DNA of 64,000 nt from Planctomycetota bacterium. GTDB taxonomy: Bacteria > Planctomycetota > UBA11346. Made by a program: the position numbers and the translations under genes. Of the stretch, positions 9,672-19,768 are shown piece by piece. Under the pieces are notes generated by a model that did no database searches, was not told where the DNA came from, and was given only the letters and a program-made list of their open reading frames with translations. The stretch covers positions 32,001 through 96,000 of the forward strand of contig JBBRLJ010000009.1 of the NCBI GenBank assembly GCA_038231435.1, read 5' to 3'. Position 1 is the stretch's first letter, and each line of letters starts with the position of its first letter.

Positions 9672-10268
9672 CTAAAAGCGATACCCGATCCCGACCGACG
9701 CATCGAGGCCCTGGGCCTTGGCATCGAAGGCCGCGCCCCCCGCGGGGGCGTCGAGACTGAGCTTTTCGACGGTGAAGCCCGCGCTCACACCGAACTGGAA
9801 GTGCTTGGCCATGGTATGGTACCACCCCAGCTCTCCGAGCAGCACCTTGGTCTTGCCGTCCTTGCTGAAGGAGCTCATGGCATTGTGCGAGGTCTCGCCC
9901 AACCCGTACCCGACCGCCAGCTCGAGGTGATCCGTCGGTCCGGCGTAGTAGCCGATCCCGAGCAGGCCCACGCCCTCGAGCAGGTTGCGGGACACCGTGG
10001 GGCCAGCGTCGAGCTTGGCATCGAGGTTCGCGGCCCGGAAACGGATGCCGAGCACGATGCCGAAATCGCTCGCCGCGTCGACCACGTGCTGGTCCTTGTC
10101 CCCGAGATCCCCGCACATCAGGGTCAGCGAGGTGGCGACGCCGTTCGTGCAGGTCACCCCGCCCTGGAGGCGCAGGTCGGCGAAGGTGAGCTCGGATTCG
10201 GTCTCCGCCATGATGACGGGAGCGAACAGCGCGACGGCCGCGATGATCGGAAGGGCGCGCTGGTGCAT
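9672..10268 (-). CDS. Small outer-membrane beta-barrel protein
   Basis: Signal peptide, alternating beta-strands and C-terminal VGIGYRF (terminal Phe). Confidence 0.75.
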   Translation of the reverse strand: MHQRALPIIAAVALFAPVIMAETESELTFADLRLQGGVTCTNGVATSLTLMCGDLGDKDQHVVDAASDFGIVLGIRFRAANLDAKLDAGPTVSRNLLEGVGLLGIGYYAGPTDHLELAVGYGLGETSHNAMSSFSKDGKTKVLLGELGWYHTMAKHFQFGVSAGFTVEKLSLDAPAGGAAFDAKAQGLDASVGIGYRF

Positions 10269-10400
10269 GGGCGGACGCTACCGGGGCATCGGGGCAGGTA
10301 AAGGCGAGGCGCGTCGACCGCACCGCGACCGCACACCAAGCCAAGCACCCTGCTAGCGTTTCGCCTGGAAGCACCAGGATGCGCGGCCACTGGAGACACC

Positions 10401-10838
10401 ATGGCCGAACGCCCTCAATCCTACGCGAACCACCGCCGCATCCAGCCCGTGCTCCATCTGGTGGTGACGCCCATCCTGATGGTCTACCTGGTGTCGACGA
10501 TCGTCTTCGCGGCGAAGGCCCCGTCCTACCCGACCATCCTCAATGCCGTCACCGCGCTGGCGCTGCTCCTGGGCGTGATCGGTGCGCGCTCGATGTCCCT
10601 CGTCGCGCAGGACCGCATCATCCGTCTGGAGATGCGCCTGCGCCTGGCCGAGGTCCTGCCAACCGAGCTCAAGTCGCGCATCCGCGAGCTGACGGTCGGC
10701 CAGCTGGTGGGGCTGCGCTTCGCCTCGGATGCCGAGCTGCCGGAGCTGGTCCGCCGCGTGTTCGCGGGCGAGCTCACGACCAACGAGCAGATCAAGAAGG
10801 CGATCAACAACTGGCAGGCGGACTGGCTCCGGGTCTGA
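10401..10838 (+). CDS. DUF6526-like membrane protein
   Basis: QSYANH, QDRIIRLE.RLR, LRFASD.EL, IKKAI.NWQAD.LRV motifs; GGAG RBS. Confidence 0.75.
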   Translation: MAERPQSYANHRRIQPVLHLVVTPILMVYLVSTIVFAAKAPSYPTILNAVTALALLLGVIGARSMSLVAQDRIIRLEMRLRLAEVLPTELKSRIRELTVGQLVGLRFASDAELPELVRRVFAGELTTNEQIKKAINNWQADWLRV

Positions 10839-10880
10839 CACCTCGCCCGGCATGGTGCCGCCTGGTGCCGGAATAGACGC

Positions 10881-12821
10881 TCAGCCGCCGATGCCGATCT
10901 TGGCCACGCGCTCCTCGGTGCGCCGGACGCGGTCCCAGGCGCTCTTCACGACCTTGTCCTGCTCCGCCGCCGTGTGCGCCGCTGCGTAGCCGGGGATGAC
11001 CCGGCCGCCGCGCTCATCGTCGCGATGCTTGCTGTCCTGCACCAGGGCGGCGTTGACCCGTTCGATCTCGACCAGCCTGCGCATGCGCGCGTTGAAGTTG
11101 CTGTCCGGAAGGAAACGGTCCGCTAGCTCATTGGCGATCTCTGCGGAGCCGGGAATGGTCAGCGTGCCCTCGCGCTCGGACAGGAGCAGCCGGAGCGCGT
11201 AGCGCGTCAGCGCCTGGCCATAGAACTCGATGGCCTTGAGCCGTGATTCCTCGCGTAGGAAGTTCTTGCCGATGCCCTCGATGTCGGTCTCGAGATAGGC
11301 CGGTTTGACCTTCGTCACCGACGAGAGCCGATCGTATGCGTCCTGCACCAGACGCATGATGCGCGGACGCAGGACCTTATAGTCGATGTCGTGGCGGCGC
11401 GCATGGTCCCGACTCGCGAATTTCAGTTCGGTGCGTACCAGACCATAGGCGTTCGAGTACAGGCCCCAGGCCGGGATGATCTCGTTGTAGGCGCGCGGGA
11501 TGGTTTCCTCGTGCTCCTTCAGGGCCTCAGCGGGAATCGTGATCAGGCTGAACGGGAAACGAACCTTCTGCGGCAGCGTGCTCACGCCCATGCCGATCAC
11601 GGTGTACGGGGCTTCGCTGAAATCGGTGGGGAAGCGGATGGCGCAGCCGAGGCCGAAGAATGCCCCTTCGCCCGGCCAGATCTCCTGGTCGGGGGCGCGG
11701 CCGGTATGGTTGGAGCCGACCATGGCGCCGTACGCCACGTTGCCCTTGCCCTCGGGCCAGAATGCGGCGATCAGCAGGCTCTGATGATGAAAACCCACGA
11801 ACGGCCCGAGCAACGTCGCGGTGACCTCGCCCTTGGCGATGGTGGTGTTGGGGCCGATGGCGCTGCCCTCGATCGCGGCATGTTCGTCGGCGGCGCTATG
11901 CTCGAGCATCGCGCTGTGGCGGACGATGGCGTTGCCGGTGATCTTCACCCCCCACTGCAGCACCGAATCGGTCACCGCGCTGCCGCCCGAGACCTCGGTC
12001 GGCTCATCGAGGCTCGACAGCACCGCGACGTTGGTGACTTCCAAGGCGTTGTCGATGATCGCACCGCTGCCGATGTAGGCGTCGCGCACGCGTTCAGCAT
12101 GGCGCACGCGCGCCTTGCGGCGCACCCACGCCACGGGACTGGTGACGGTCTTCTGGTATCTGGCCACAGCCTCGCGCAGCGCTGCTTGTCCGGCCACGTC
12201 GCCGCGATCGCGAGCCGCCATCGCCAGCGAGTCCACCGTGCATTCGGCCCACAGCGGCACGTCGCGGCCGCCCGTTTCGCATGCCAGCGGCAGCGACTGG
12301 CCGCAGCCGAAGTAAGCCGCGCCCGAGCAGGTGATCGATCCGACATCGAAGAGCACTGCGTCACGCTCGACGATGAGGTTGGCGGCGAAGCGCACGTTCT
12401 CGAGCAGGCAGTCGTTCCCAACCTGGCAGGAGATGAGCGTGCAGTCGTAGATGCCAGCCGCGAGGGTGATGCCCGGCATCACCTCGACTTCGCCACCGAA
12501 GCGGCCGAGCACGCAGCGGCCCTTGAAGTGCGTGCGACGGACGCGGAAGCAGTCGAAATCCTGAGCGACCTGGACCTCGGCCCAGTCGGAGGCCCGACAT
12601 CCGCGGTCCTCCATGAGGGCGATCTCTTCACGAGTGAGGTCGCGCAGCAGCAAACCGAGAACGTTGTCGCGCCGCTTGGCCACCTGCTTGGATGCGTCGG
12701 CGAGCTCGGAGCGCTCGCCGATCTGCGCGGCGAGCTCGCTGAGCGTCCTGGGCTGATTGGGCGCCTTGAGCGCGACGTGGAGGTTGCTGTCCTTGGGATC
12801 GGGCAGGGGATTGCTGCTCAC
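10881..12821 (-). CDS. DUF4954 family protein (hexapeptide/beta-helix, GlmU-acetyltransferase-like)
   Basis: LLGPFVGFHHQSLLIA..GKGNVAYGAMVGSNHTGR..PFSLI motifs; GTG start after GGAG. Confidence 0.75.
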   Translation of the reverse strand: MSSNPLPDPKDSNLHVALKAPNQPRTLSELAAQIGERSELADASKQVAKRRDNVLGLLLRDLTREEIALMEDRGCRASDWAEVQVAQDFDCFRVRRTHFKGRCVLGRFGGEVEVMPGITLAAGIYDCTLISCQVGNDCLLENVRFAANLIVERDAVLFDVGSITCSGAAYFGCGQSLPLACETGGRDVPLWAECTVDSLAMAARDRGDVAGQAALREAVARYQKTVTSPVAWVRRKARVRHAERVRDAYIGSGAIIDNALEVTNVAVLSSLDEPTEVSGGSAVTDSVLQWGVKITGNAIVRHSAMLEHSAADEHAAIEGSAIGPNTTIAKGEVTATLLGPFVGFHHQSLLIAAFWPEGKGNVAYGAMVGSNHTGRAPDQEIWPGEGAFFGLGCAIRFPTDFSEAPYTVIGMGVSTLPQKVRFPFSLITIPAEALKEHEETIPRAYNEIIPAWGLYSNAYGLVRTELKFASRDHARRHDIDYKVLRPRIMRLVQDAYDRLSSVTKVKPAYLETDIEGIGKNFLREESRLKAIEFYGQALTRYALRLLLSEREGTLTIPGSAEIANELADRFLPDSNFNARMRRLVEIERVNAALVQDSKHRDDERGGRVIPGYAAAHTAAEQDKVVKSAWDRVRRTEERVAKIGIGG

Positions 12822-12897
12822 AAGACGGCTCCATGGCGAGCGATCGGGCCAGACGACGGGAGACCGGCGGCCGGAAGGTGACGATGCATCGAGGCCA

Positions 12898-13665
12898 CTA
12901 TTCGGCTTCCGCCATCTCGAGGTGCTCCGGGTCGAGCTTGGACGCGGCATCGCGGTCGACGACGATGGTGAGATGCTTGTGGCCGGTGAGCAGGCTGGCG
13001 GGCAGGCCTGGGCCGACCTTGCCCTCGACCATGCGGCGCAGGGATTCGGCCTTGCCCAATCCGGTGACCGCCAGCAACACGGACCGCGACTCGAGGATGG
13101 TCGCGACGCCCATCGAGATGGCGCGCGATGGGGTGGTTTCGAGGTTACGGAAGCGTTCGCCTCCGGAGATCGCGGCCAGGGTCGACGGCGTGAGATCGAC
13201 GAGGCGAGTGCGGCTCTTGGGCGAGCTTCCCGGCTCGTTCAGTCCGACGTGGCCATTGTGGCCGAGGCCAAGCAGGACCAGGTCGATGCCGCCGCGCGCC
13301 TCGATGAGCAGATCGTAGGCCTTGCACTCCGCCTCGACATCGAGCGCGTCGCCGCGTGGGACGTAGGTCTCCTCGCGGGGTATGTCGACTTGGCGAAACA
13401 GGTGCCGGTTCATGATCGCGCGGGTGCTGCGGCGGTCTTCCGGGCGCAGGCCCACGTATTCGTCGGTATTGAAGGTGGACACGTGCGCGAACGAGAAGCC
13501 GCCGCGCTCGTGGTAGCGGCTGACCAGCTCATCATAGGCCACCAGGCTGGTCCGCCCCGCGGACAGGCCGAGATTGAGGCGCGGATTCTTGGTGATGGCG
13601 GCGGCCAGCATGCCGGCGATGAGGTCACCAGAAGCCTCGCGATTCTCGCAGACGATGATCTTCAT
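12898..13665 (-). CDS. nagB: Glucosamine-6-phosphate deaminase
   Basis: TFNTDEYVGL, GGIDLVLLGLGHNGHVGLNEPGS, PASLL motifs. Confidence 0.9.
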   Translation of the reverse strand: MKIIVCENREASGDLIAGMLAAAITKNPRLNLGLSAGRTSLVAYDELVSRYHERGGFSFAHVSTFNTDEYVGLRPEDRRSTRAIMNRHLFRQVDIPREETYVPRGDALDVEAECKAYDLLIEARGGIDLVLLGLGHNGHVGLNEPGSSPKSRTRLVDLTPSTLAAISGGERFRNLETTPSRAISMGVATILESRSVLLAVTGLGKAESLRRMVEGKVGPGLPASLLTGHKHLTIVVDRDAASKLDPEHLEMAEAE

Positions 13666-13821
13666 GTGCTCCACCCCGCGAGTCCACCGGACCATCGCCC
13701 GCGGGCTACGGCCCGACGAGCACTTTCCAGGCCGCGTCCACTACGTCGTGGCCACAAGCGGCGCCAGCCTAGCGCCGCACCGACCCCCTGCCAGGCCTTT
13801 GGCTTACGACTTGCTCCCAAC

Positions 13822-13850
13822 GATTTCGCCGGCTCATCGCCGGCGAAATC
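13822..13850. terminator. Perfect 12-bp stem-loop downstream of gap (possible terminator or mRNA stabiliser)
   Basis: GATTTCGCCGGC-TCATC-GCCGGCGAAATC; no clear U-tract. Confidence 0.45.
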
Positions 13851-13885
13851 AAGTCCAGTACAACCATTGGCTGGGCCCACGGGCC

Positions 13886-13905
13886 GCCGTAGGGGCGGAG
13901 CCCCT
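13886..13905. repeat. REP-like hairpin GCCGTAGGGGC-GGA-GCCCCT
   Basis: One mismatch to 59465-59484; lies just 3' of the gap stop codon. Confidence 0.6.
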
Positions 13906-13910
13906 GACTG

Positions 13911-14990
<1,080 letters not shown>

Positions 14991-15262
14991 CTAGTCCCAT
15001 GGGAATGAATGCAAGGCGGGCGGGGATATGCAGGGGCTTCGTTTTGCCCGTCGCCGACTGGTGTCGGATGGAGGCCATTCGTTGGATCGCCGGCGGCGGG
15101 ATGTGTCCGCGACAGCCCGCGGTATATCACCGCGCTCCAACGCCGCATCTCGCCTCGATCCGAAGTGGCTGCCGTGAACGATTACGTTTGGACGGTACCC
15201 GGGCCGCGCGCCGTCACCACGCGCCGATCATCGACACGCCAGACGCTTTCAAGCGGGCCGTT

Positions 15263-15700
15263 TCATAGGGGAAACGCCGCCTTCCCGACCTCGATCACGC
15301 CGCCGTCCGCCAGCGTCATGCGCACCCACACCACCGTGCCCGTCGCGAGCGGCAGCGGCGCGGAGAGGCGCACGTCGAAGCCGTCCGACATCCCCGGCAC
15401 CGGCAATGCCATGTAAGCGACCGCAGCGGGATCGAAATCGTCGCCGATCCAGCCGGCGACCGACACCGGCGCCGATTGGCCCGCGTCGGCCACGATCCAA
15501 AGGCGCACCGAGGTCATCCCGTCATCCGATCTGTCCATGAGGAAGGCTTGGACGGCGTAGCCGGGCACCGCGCGCTCGCCCAGCAGGCTGGCGACCGGCG
15601 GGTGCGAGTCCGGATCCCCGGAACCTCCACTGACGATGACTCCGCATCCGGGGAGGATGGCGAGTGCGGCGAGGATGACGATCCGGAGATGCGTGCCCAT
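15263..15700 (-). CDS. Hypothetical lipoprotein
   Basis: Signal peptide with lipobox ILPGC; co-oriented with the upstream secreted protein. Confidence 0.6.
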   Translation of the reverse strand: MGTHLRIVILAALAILPGCGVIVSGGSGDPDSHPPVASLLGERAVPGYAVQAFLMDRSDDGMTSVRLWIVADAGQSAPVSVAGWIGDDFDPAAVAYMALPVPGMSDGFDVRLSAPLPLATGTVVWVRMTLADGGVIEVGKAAFPL

Positions 15701-15749
15701 GATGTGCTTCCCATGTAGGAGAATGAAGGGGCGGACCGCGGCGCTGGCG

Positions 15750-17648
15750 TCAACCACTGCCGCCTGGCGTCACCACCACACGATCGAAGACAGCGGTGCA
15801 GAGCACCCCGTTGTCGTGGCTCGTCACGGCCAAGCCGATCTGTACCGGATCGGTCAAGCTGATGGCCACCGATCCGACCGTCGACCAAGTCACCCCATCG
15901 GCCGATTCGTATCCGGTCACCAGCATCCCCCTGCGGACCATTTTCACCCATCGTGGGGCCGAGGCGCGTGAGCCGGCGGTATGCGATGAGGCGCCATCAG
16001 TCGTGATGCGCCGTTGGAACGCCGTCCCGTTGCCAGGGGTCACGCAACAGAACGCATGCTTCGCTCCGGCGGCGGTGCCTTGGCGGATCATCACTCCAGC
16101 CTTCGCCCATCCGTTCGTGTTCTGCACCGATACCACCCGCGCCACGATGCTGCCATCGCCGGTCAGCGGTTGCGAGGCAAACTGAAAGGCGTCGGCGGAG
16201 CCCCAGATGTCCGAGCCCGATCCCTTCAGCGTCCAAGTGCCACCTGACTGGCTCGTCGAGCCTGTCAGCCGCGTGCCGCCCACGTCGCGGGTGGTCCAAG
16301 CCGAGGCCGCAGTCACCGTGATCGACACCGTGGCGGTCGCGGAAGTCGCCGTTCCATCGTTGACGGTGAAGGTGAAATCGTCAGCGCCGGCATATCCAGC
16401 CGAAGGTGCATAGGTCCGGGAGTTTCCGCTGCCCGACAACGTTCCATGGGTAGGGTTGGCCACGATCGCGTAGGTGAGCGGATTGCCGTCCACATCGCTG
16501 CCGCTCAAGGTGATCGCCTTGGCGACGCCCGACGGGGTGGACACGCTCTGGGCATTGGCCACCGGCGGGTGGTTCACGGCGCCGTCGGTCGGCACAACCA
16601 GGGATAGCGCGGATCGCGGGGTGAAGGCCACCGGCCCCGTCGCGTTGAAGTGCATCTCCGGCTCCTGCCACGCGAGGTTGGTGCCGGCGTTTGGACCCCA
16701 ATGACAGGTCGAAGCGTAGGTGATGTTGGCGCTCTTGGTCGAGCCGTTATCGATGGCGCCGAAGATCAACCCATTGCTCGATGGAGTCCCACGGCCCTGC
16801 CAACTCGCCAGGCTCAGGTGATCCGCACGGCAATTGGTGAATACGATGTTCTGCGCACCGGCGGTCGAGAAGGCTCCGTTTCCGAAGTTGATGGCGTCGA
16901 CCTGATCGACGCTGCCACTGCTGGTGACGGAAGCCCCGTACCCCTCGAAGATGATGTTGTCGCCGAACGGACTGTTGTTCCCGTCGATGAGACCACGCGA
17001 GATCGACCAGCCGTTGGACTCGTAGATGTTGATGCAATCCTCTGTCCAGGCGATGTTGCGGTCGTTGACGATAGAGAAGTCGCTCAGTGAACCGTTCGGG
17101 GAATTGTCAGCTTGGATGAGTTGCCCGCGCGGAATCGGACCGCGCATGTCGTGGCCTTCGAGCCAGGTGATCGCCGGTCCATGTGAGCAGCCCACCATCC
17201 AGATTCCGGTGGAGCAGTTCTCCACCCGGACGTTGTTGATCTTGCCGCGCGCCGAACCCACGACGCAGATGCCGAGCATGCCTGGATTGGGGTTCTGTCC
17301 GCGCGCGGGCGCCGCCTTGCAGATGATATTGCAGGTGTCGATCGTGTAGTCGTCGGAACCGCCAGTGATCAGCACGCCATCGCCGAGTTGGTGCTTGATC
17401 AGGCAGTTCAGCAGCTTGCACCCCTTGTGGCCTGACAACGTCACCGCCGGCGTCGCGCTCCCGACGGGAACGACGATCGTCAGTCCCGAGATGGTCTGAT
17501 TGTCTGCGGTGAAGGATACAGGCCCCGATGTCGCGGCATCGGACACGGACGCGGTCGCGAGCAGCACGGCCCCGATGGCGCAACGCCACGCCGCTCCGGC
17601 GATGGACGGCGTTGGCGACGATGGCGGGAAAAGTCGAGGCGTGTGCAT
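15750..17648 (-). CDS. Secreted protein: pectin-lyase-like beta-helix, Ig-like (Big_9/cadherin) domain and C-terminal ConA/DUF1349-like domain
   Basis: Signal-like N-terminus; Asn/Gly-rich beta-helix; NHPPVANAQSV..G.D.FTFTVNDG; GSGSDIWGSADAF..WAKAGVMIR..GLAVTSH. Confidence 0.75.
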   Translation of the reverse strand: MHTPRLFPPSSPTPSIAGAAWRCAIGAVLLATASVSDAATSGPVSFTADNQTISGLTIVVPVGSATPAVTLSGHKGCKLLNCLIKHQLGDGVLITGGSDDYTIDTCNIICKAAPARGQNPNPGMLGICVVGSARGKINNVRVENCSTGIWMVGCSHGPAITWLEGHDMRGPIPRGQLIQADNSPNGSLSDFSIVNDRNIAWTEDCINIYESNGWSISRGLIDGNNSPFGDNIIFEGYGASVTSSGSVDQVDAINFGNGAFSTAGAQNIVFTNCRADHLSLASWQGRGTPSSNGLIFGAIDNGSTKSANITYASTCHWGPNAGTNLAWQEPEMHFNATGPVAFTPRSALSLVVPTDGAVNHPPVANAQSVSTPSGVAKAITLSGSDVDGNPLTYAIVANPTHGTLSGSGNSRTYAPSAGYAGADDFTFTVNDGTATSATATVSITVTAASAWTTRDVGGTRLTGSTSQSGGTWTLKGSGSDIWGSADAFQFASQPLTGDGSIVARVVSVQNTNGWAKAGVMIRQGTAAGAKHAFCCVTPGNGTAFQRRITTDGASSHTAGSRASAPRWVKMVRRGMLVTGYESADGVTWSTVGSVAISLTDPVQIGLAVTSHDNGVLCTAVFDRVVVTPGGSG

Positions 17649-17740
17649 GGAGGTATTCCTGTCTCCGGTGGGATCGGTATCCGTGTCCTGTCGGCCGGTC
17701 GGCGCATGTGACCGTGTTGCTGCGTCGCTTCCGTGCTTCT

Positions 17741-17843
17741 GTGATGCGTGATGCGTGATGCGTGATGACCAAATGAACCACGTGCTGTGCCGTACTGTGG
17801 AAACCTGAGCCATAGACCTGGAGCCCTCAACCCTGAGCCCCCG
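17741..17843. repeat. Heptamer tandem arrays: (GTGATGC)x3 plus GTGATGA, and a degenerate 7-bp array at 17802-17843
   Basis: Read directly from the sequence. Confidence 0.75.
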
Positions 17844-17854
17844 ATCAGAGAGAA

Positions 17855-19768
17855 TCACTTGGCATCATGGGCACCGATGGTGACGCCATGATCGCGCACC
17901 TTCGCCAGCCAACGTTGCCACTCCGCATCCTCGAGTGCGCGGGTGATGGGCATCGTCATGACGCGGTTGCCAGTGGAGCGCGCGTCCCTGCAGTCGAATC
18001 CATCGGCATCCTTGTCGAACCAGAAGTTCGCCGGTTCGGGCGAGCCGCGGGTACCCCACCTGACCCACCCCGAGAGGTTGTCGTGGACGATGTTGTTGGA
18101 GAAACCCATGGGCGCCCGGCGATGGATCCTCGCCAGATCCCACACCGGGAAGGCCGTGTTCTGGGCTCGGATCGGCGTGCCGTCGGGCAGGATGCCGGCG
18201 GAGACCGCGGTGTTCCCCCAGACCTCCTGGTCGTGACCGCCGAACAGGGCGATCGCATGGTTCACGGTGTCCACGAGTTGGTTGTCGTACACCTTGGTGA
18301 AGCCTGGCTGCTGGCCTGAGGCATCGGGCTTCCCTTCGCCCAGGCAGATGCCGCCCCCCTCGTAAACGTCCCGGGCTGGATCGAGCGGATACGCGCCATG
18401 GATGTAGTTGTCGTGGATCAACAAGGGCTGATCGGCGCTGCCGCCGCTCCCCCAGATGTTGATGACGTGCGACACCTGGCTCGTGCGCGGCGCGTTCAGC
18501 ACTTCGTTCCAGGCGATCTCCGCCCCCGCCGCGCGGTCCACGCCATTGAGATTGACGAAATGGGCGGTGGGCTCCTCCTGGATCAGGACCCAGCCCCCCT
18601 TTCCGTCACCGGCGCGTCCGTCGAGATCGCGCACGCGGTTTCGGCGAATGGCGATGCGCGGAACCGCCGCATCCGCGGCTCCATGGATGTCGATGCCAGA
18701 GGTGCCGTCGACCTCGTTGTTCTCGATGATCATGCGCGTGGGCGATTCGGCGTCGACGAAACGACCGGGAGCGCGGCCCGCGACCTCCGGCCGTTCCCCA
18801 ATCGCGTGGCAATCGCGGATGACGACATCGGCTCCACCATCGCACGCGATCAGCCCTCCGGCCCCGCTGAGCCACGAGCCGACGATCACCACCGGCTCAC
18901 GGGTCGCGATGCGCACCGCGGGAATCAGCCGATCGGTCGATCGCCAGGCGCCGCGGTAGTCGCCTCCGGCGGTGATGCGCAGGGGAGGATCGTATGCGGG
19001 CTCGACCGGCAACCCGGTTCCATCGGCACCAGTGACGACCTTGGCCTGGCGATGGGCCGCGACAGGCACGGTCGCGCCATCCGCCAGCCGACGCAGACGG
19101 ACCTGGCCTTCCTCGACGATCAGCCGCGTCGTGGTTCCGTCGTGCTCGAGGCTGAACCGGGTACCGACAACGATGGCCTCGGCGACGGGAGTGGAGATGA
19201 CCAGCCGCTGGCCTTGCCGCTGGTGCGCGGCAACGACCCTGAGCTCTCCGTGCGCCAGGCTGGCGCGCATGCCTTCCGCGGTCGCGGCTATGACCAGGTC
19301 TGTACCCCCTTCCAACGTCACGTCGCTGCCGTCGATCAGCACCACGGTGGCTCGCCCCGCCGCCGGCACGTGGATGCCGTCACCCGATACGAGGTCGAGG
19401 CCGACGGCGGCAACGCGTCCATGCCCGTCGCGCACCATCGATACCTCGCCAACAATGGATTGGAGCCTTCCGGCGTCCGCTGGCGCCCGCCATGTATGGA
19501 CGGACAGGAACACCAGGATGCTGGCCGCGGCCGCGAGCGAGAAGGCCAGTCGCAGCCGCATGTGATGGCGTGGATGTAATCGAGTCCGAGGCACGGTCGC
19601 GAGCGGGCCCAGCGCCGAGGTCAGTGCCTGGTCGAAGCGCAGATCCTCGACGAGATCGGCGACGCGGGCCTTGTCGGCCAGCACGTGTGCCAAGCGCTCG
19701 CCATCGCCAGGCAGCTCTGCTCCGCTGGACCAGCGCTCGAGGAGTTCGGCCGTCTCGGAATCGGTCAT
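17855..19768 (-). CDS. FecR-domain anti-sigma factor fused to a parallel beta-helix domain
   Basis: TM helix AFSLAAAASILVFL; FecR motifs L.DGS.V.L and TP.AEAIVVGTRFSL..L.VEEG.V; C-terminal beta-helix; ATGA overlap with the sigma gene. Confidence 0.85.
   Translation of the reverse strand: MTDSETAELLERWSSGAELPGDGERLAHVLADKARVADLVEDLRFDQALTSALGPLATVPRTRLHPRHHMRLRLAFSLAAAASILVFLSVHTWRAPADAGRLQSIVGEVSMVRDGHGRVAAVGLDLVSGDGIHVPAAGRATVVLIDGSDVTLEGGTDLVIAATAEGMRASLAHGELRVVAAHQRQGQRLVISTPVAEAIVVGTRFSLEHDGTTTRLIVEEGQVRLRRLADGATVPVAAHRQAKVVTGADGTGLPVEPAYDPPLRITAGGDYRGAWRSTDRLIPAVRIATREPVVIVGSWLSGAGGLIACDGGADVVIRDCHAIGERPEVAGRAPGRFVDAESPTRMIIENNEVDGTSGIDIHGAADAAVPRIAIRRNRVRDLDGRAGDGKGGWVLIQEEPTAHFVNLNGVDRAAGAEIAWNEVLNAPRTSQVSHVINIWGSGGSADQPLLIHDNYIHGAYPLDPARDVYEGGGICLGEGKPDASGQQPGFTKVYDNQLVDTVNHAIALFGGHDQEVWGNTAVSAGILPDGTPIRAQNTAFPVWDLARIHRRAPMGFSNNIVHDNLSGWVRWGTRGSPEPANFWFDKDADGFDCRDARSTGNRVMTMPITRALEDAEWQRWLAKVRDHGVTIGAHDAK

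Noticed and set aside
13666..13910. glmS ribozyme or other riboswitch upstream of nagB
   Set aside because: Hairpins are present, but I could not find the AGCGCC..GACGAGG core on the coding strand.
15120..15134. Resemblance to the lambda operator half-site TATCACCGC
   Set aside because: Short match with no phage genes nearby; most likely chance.
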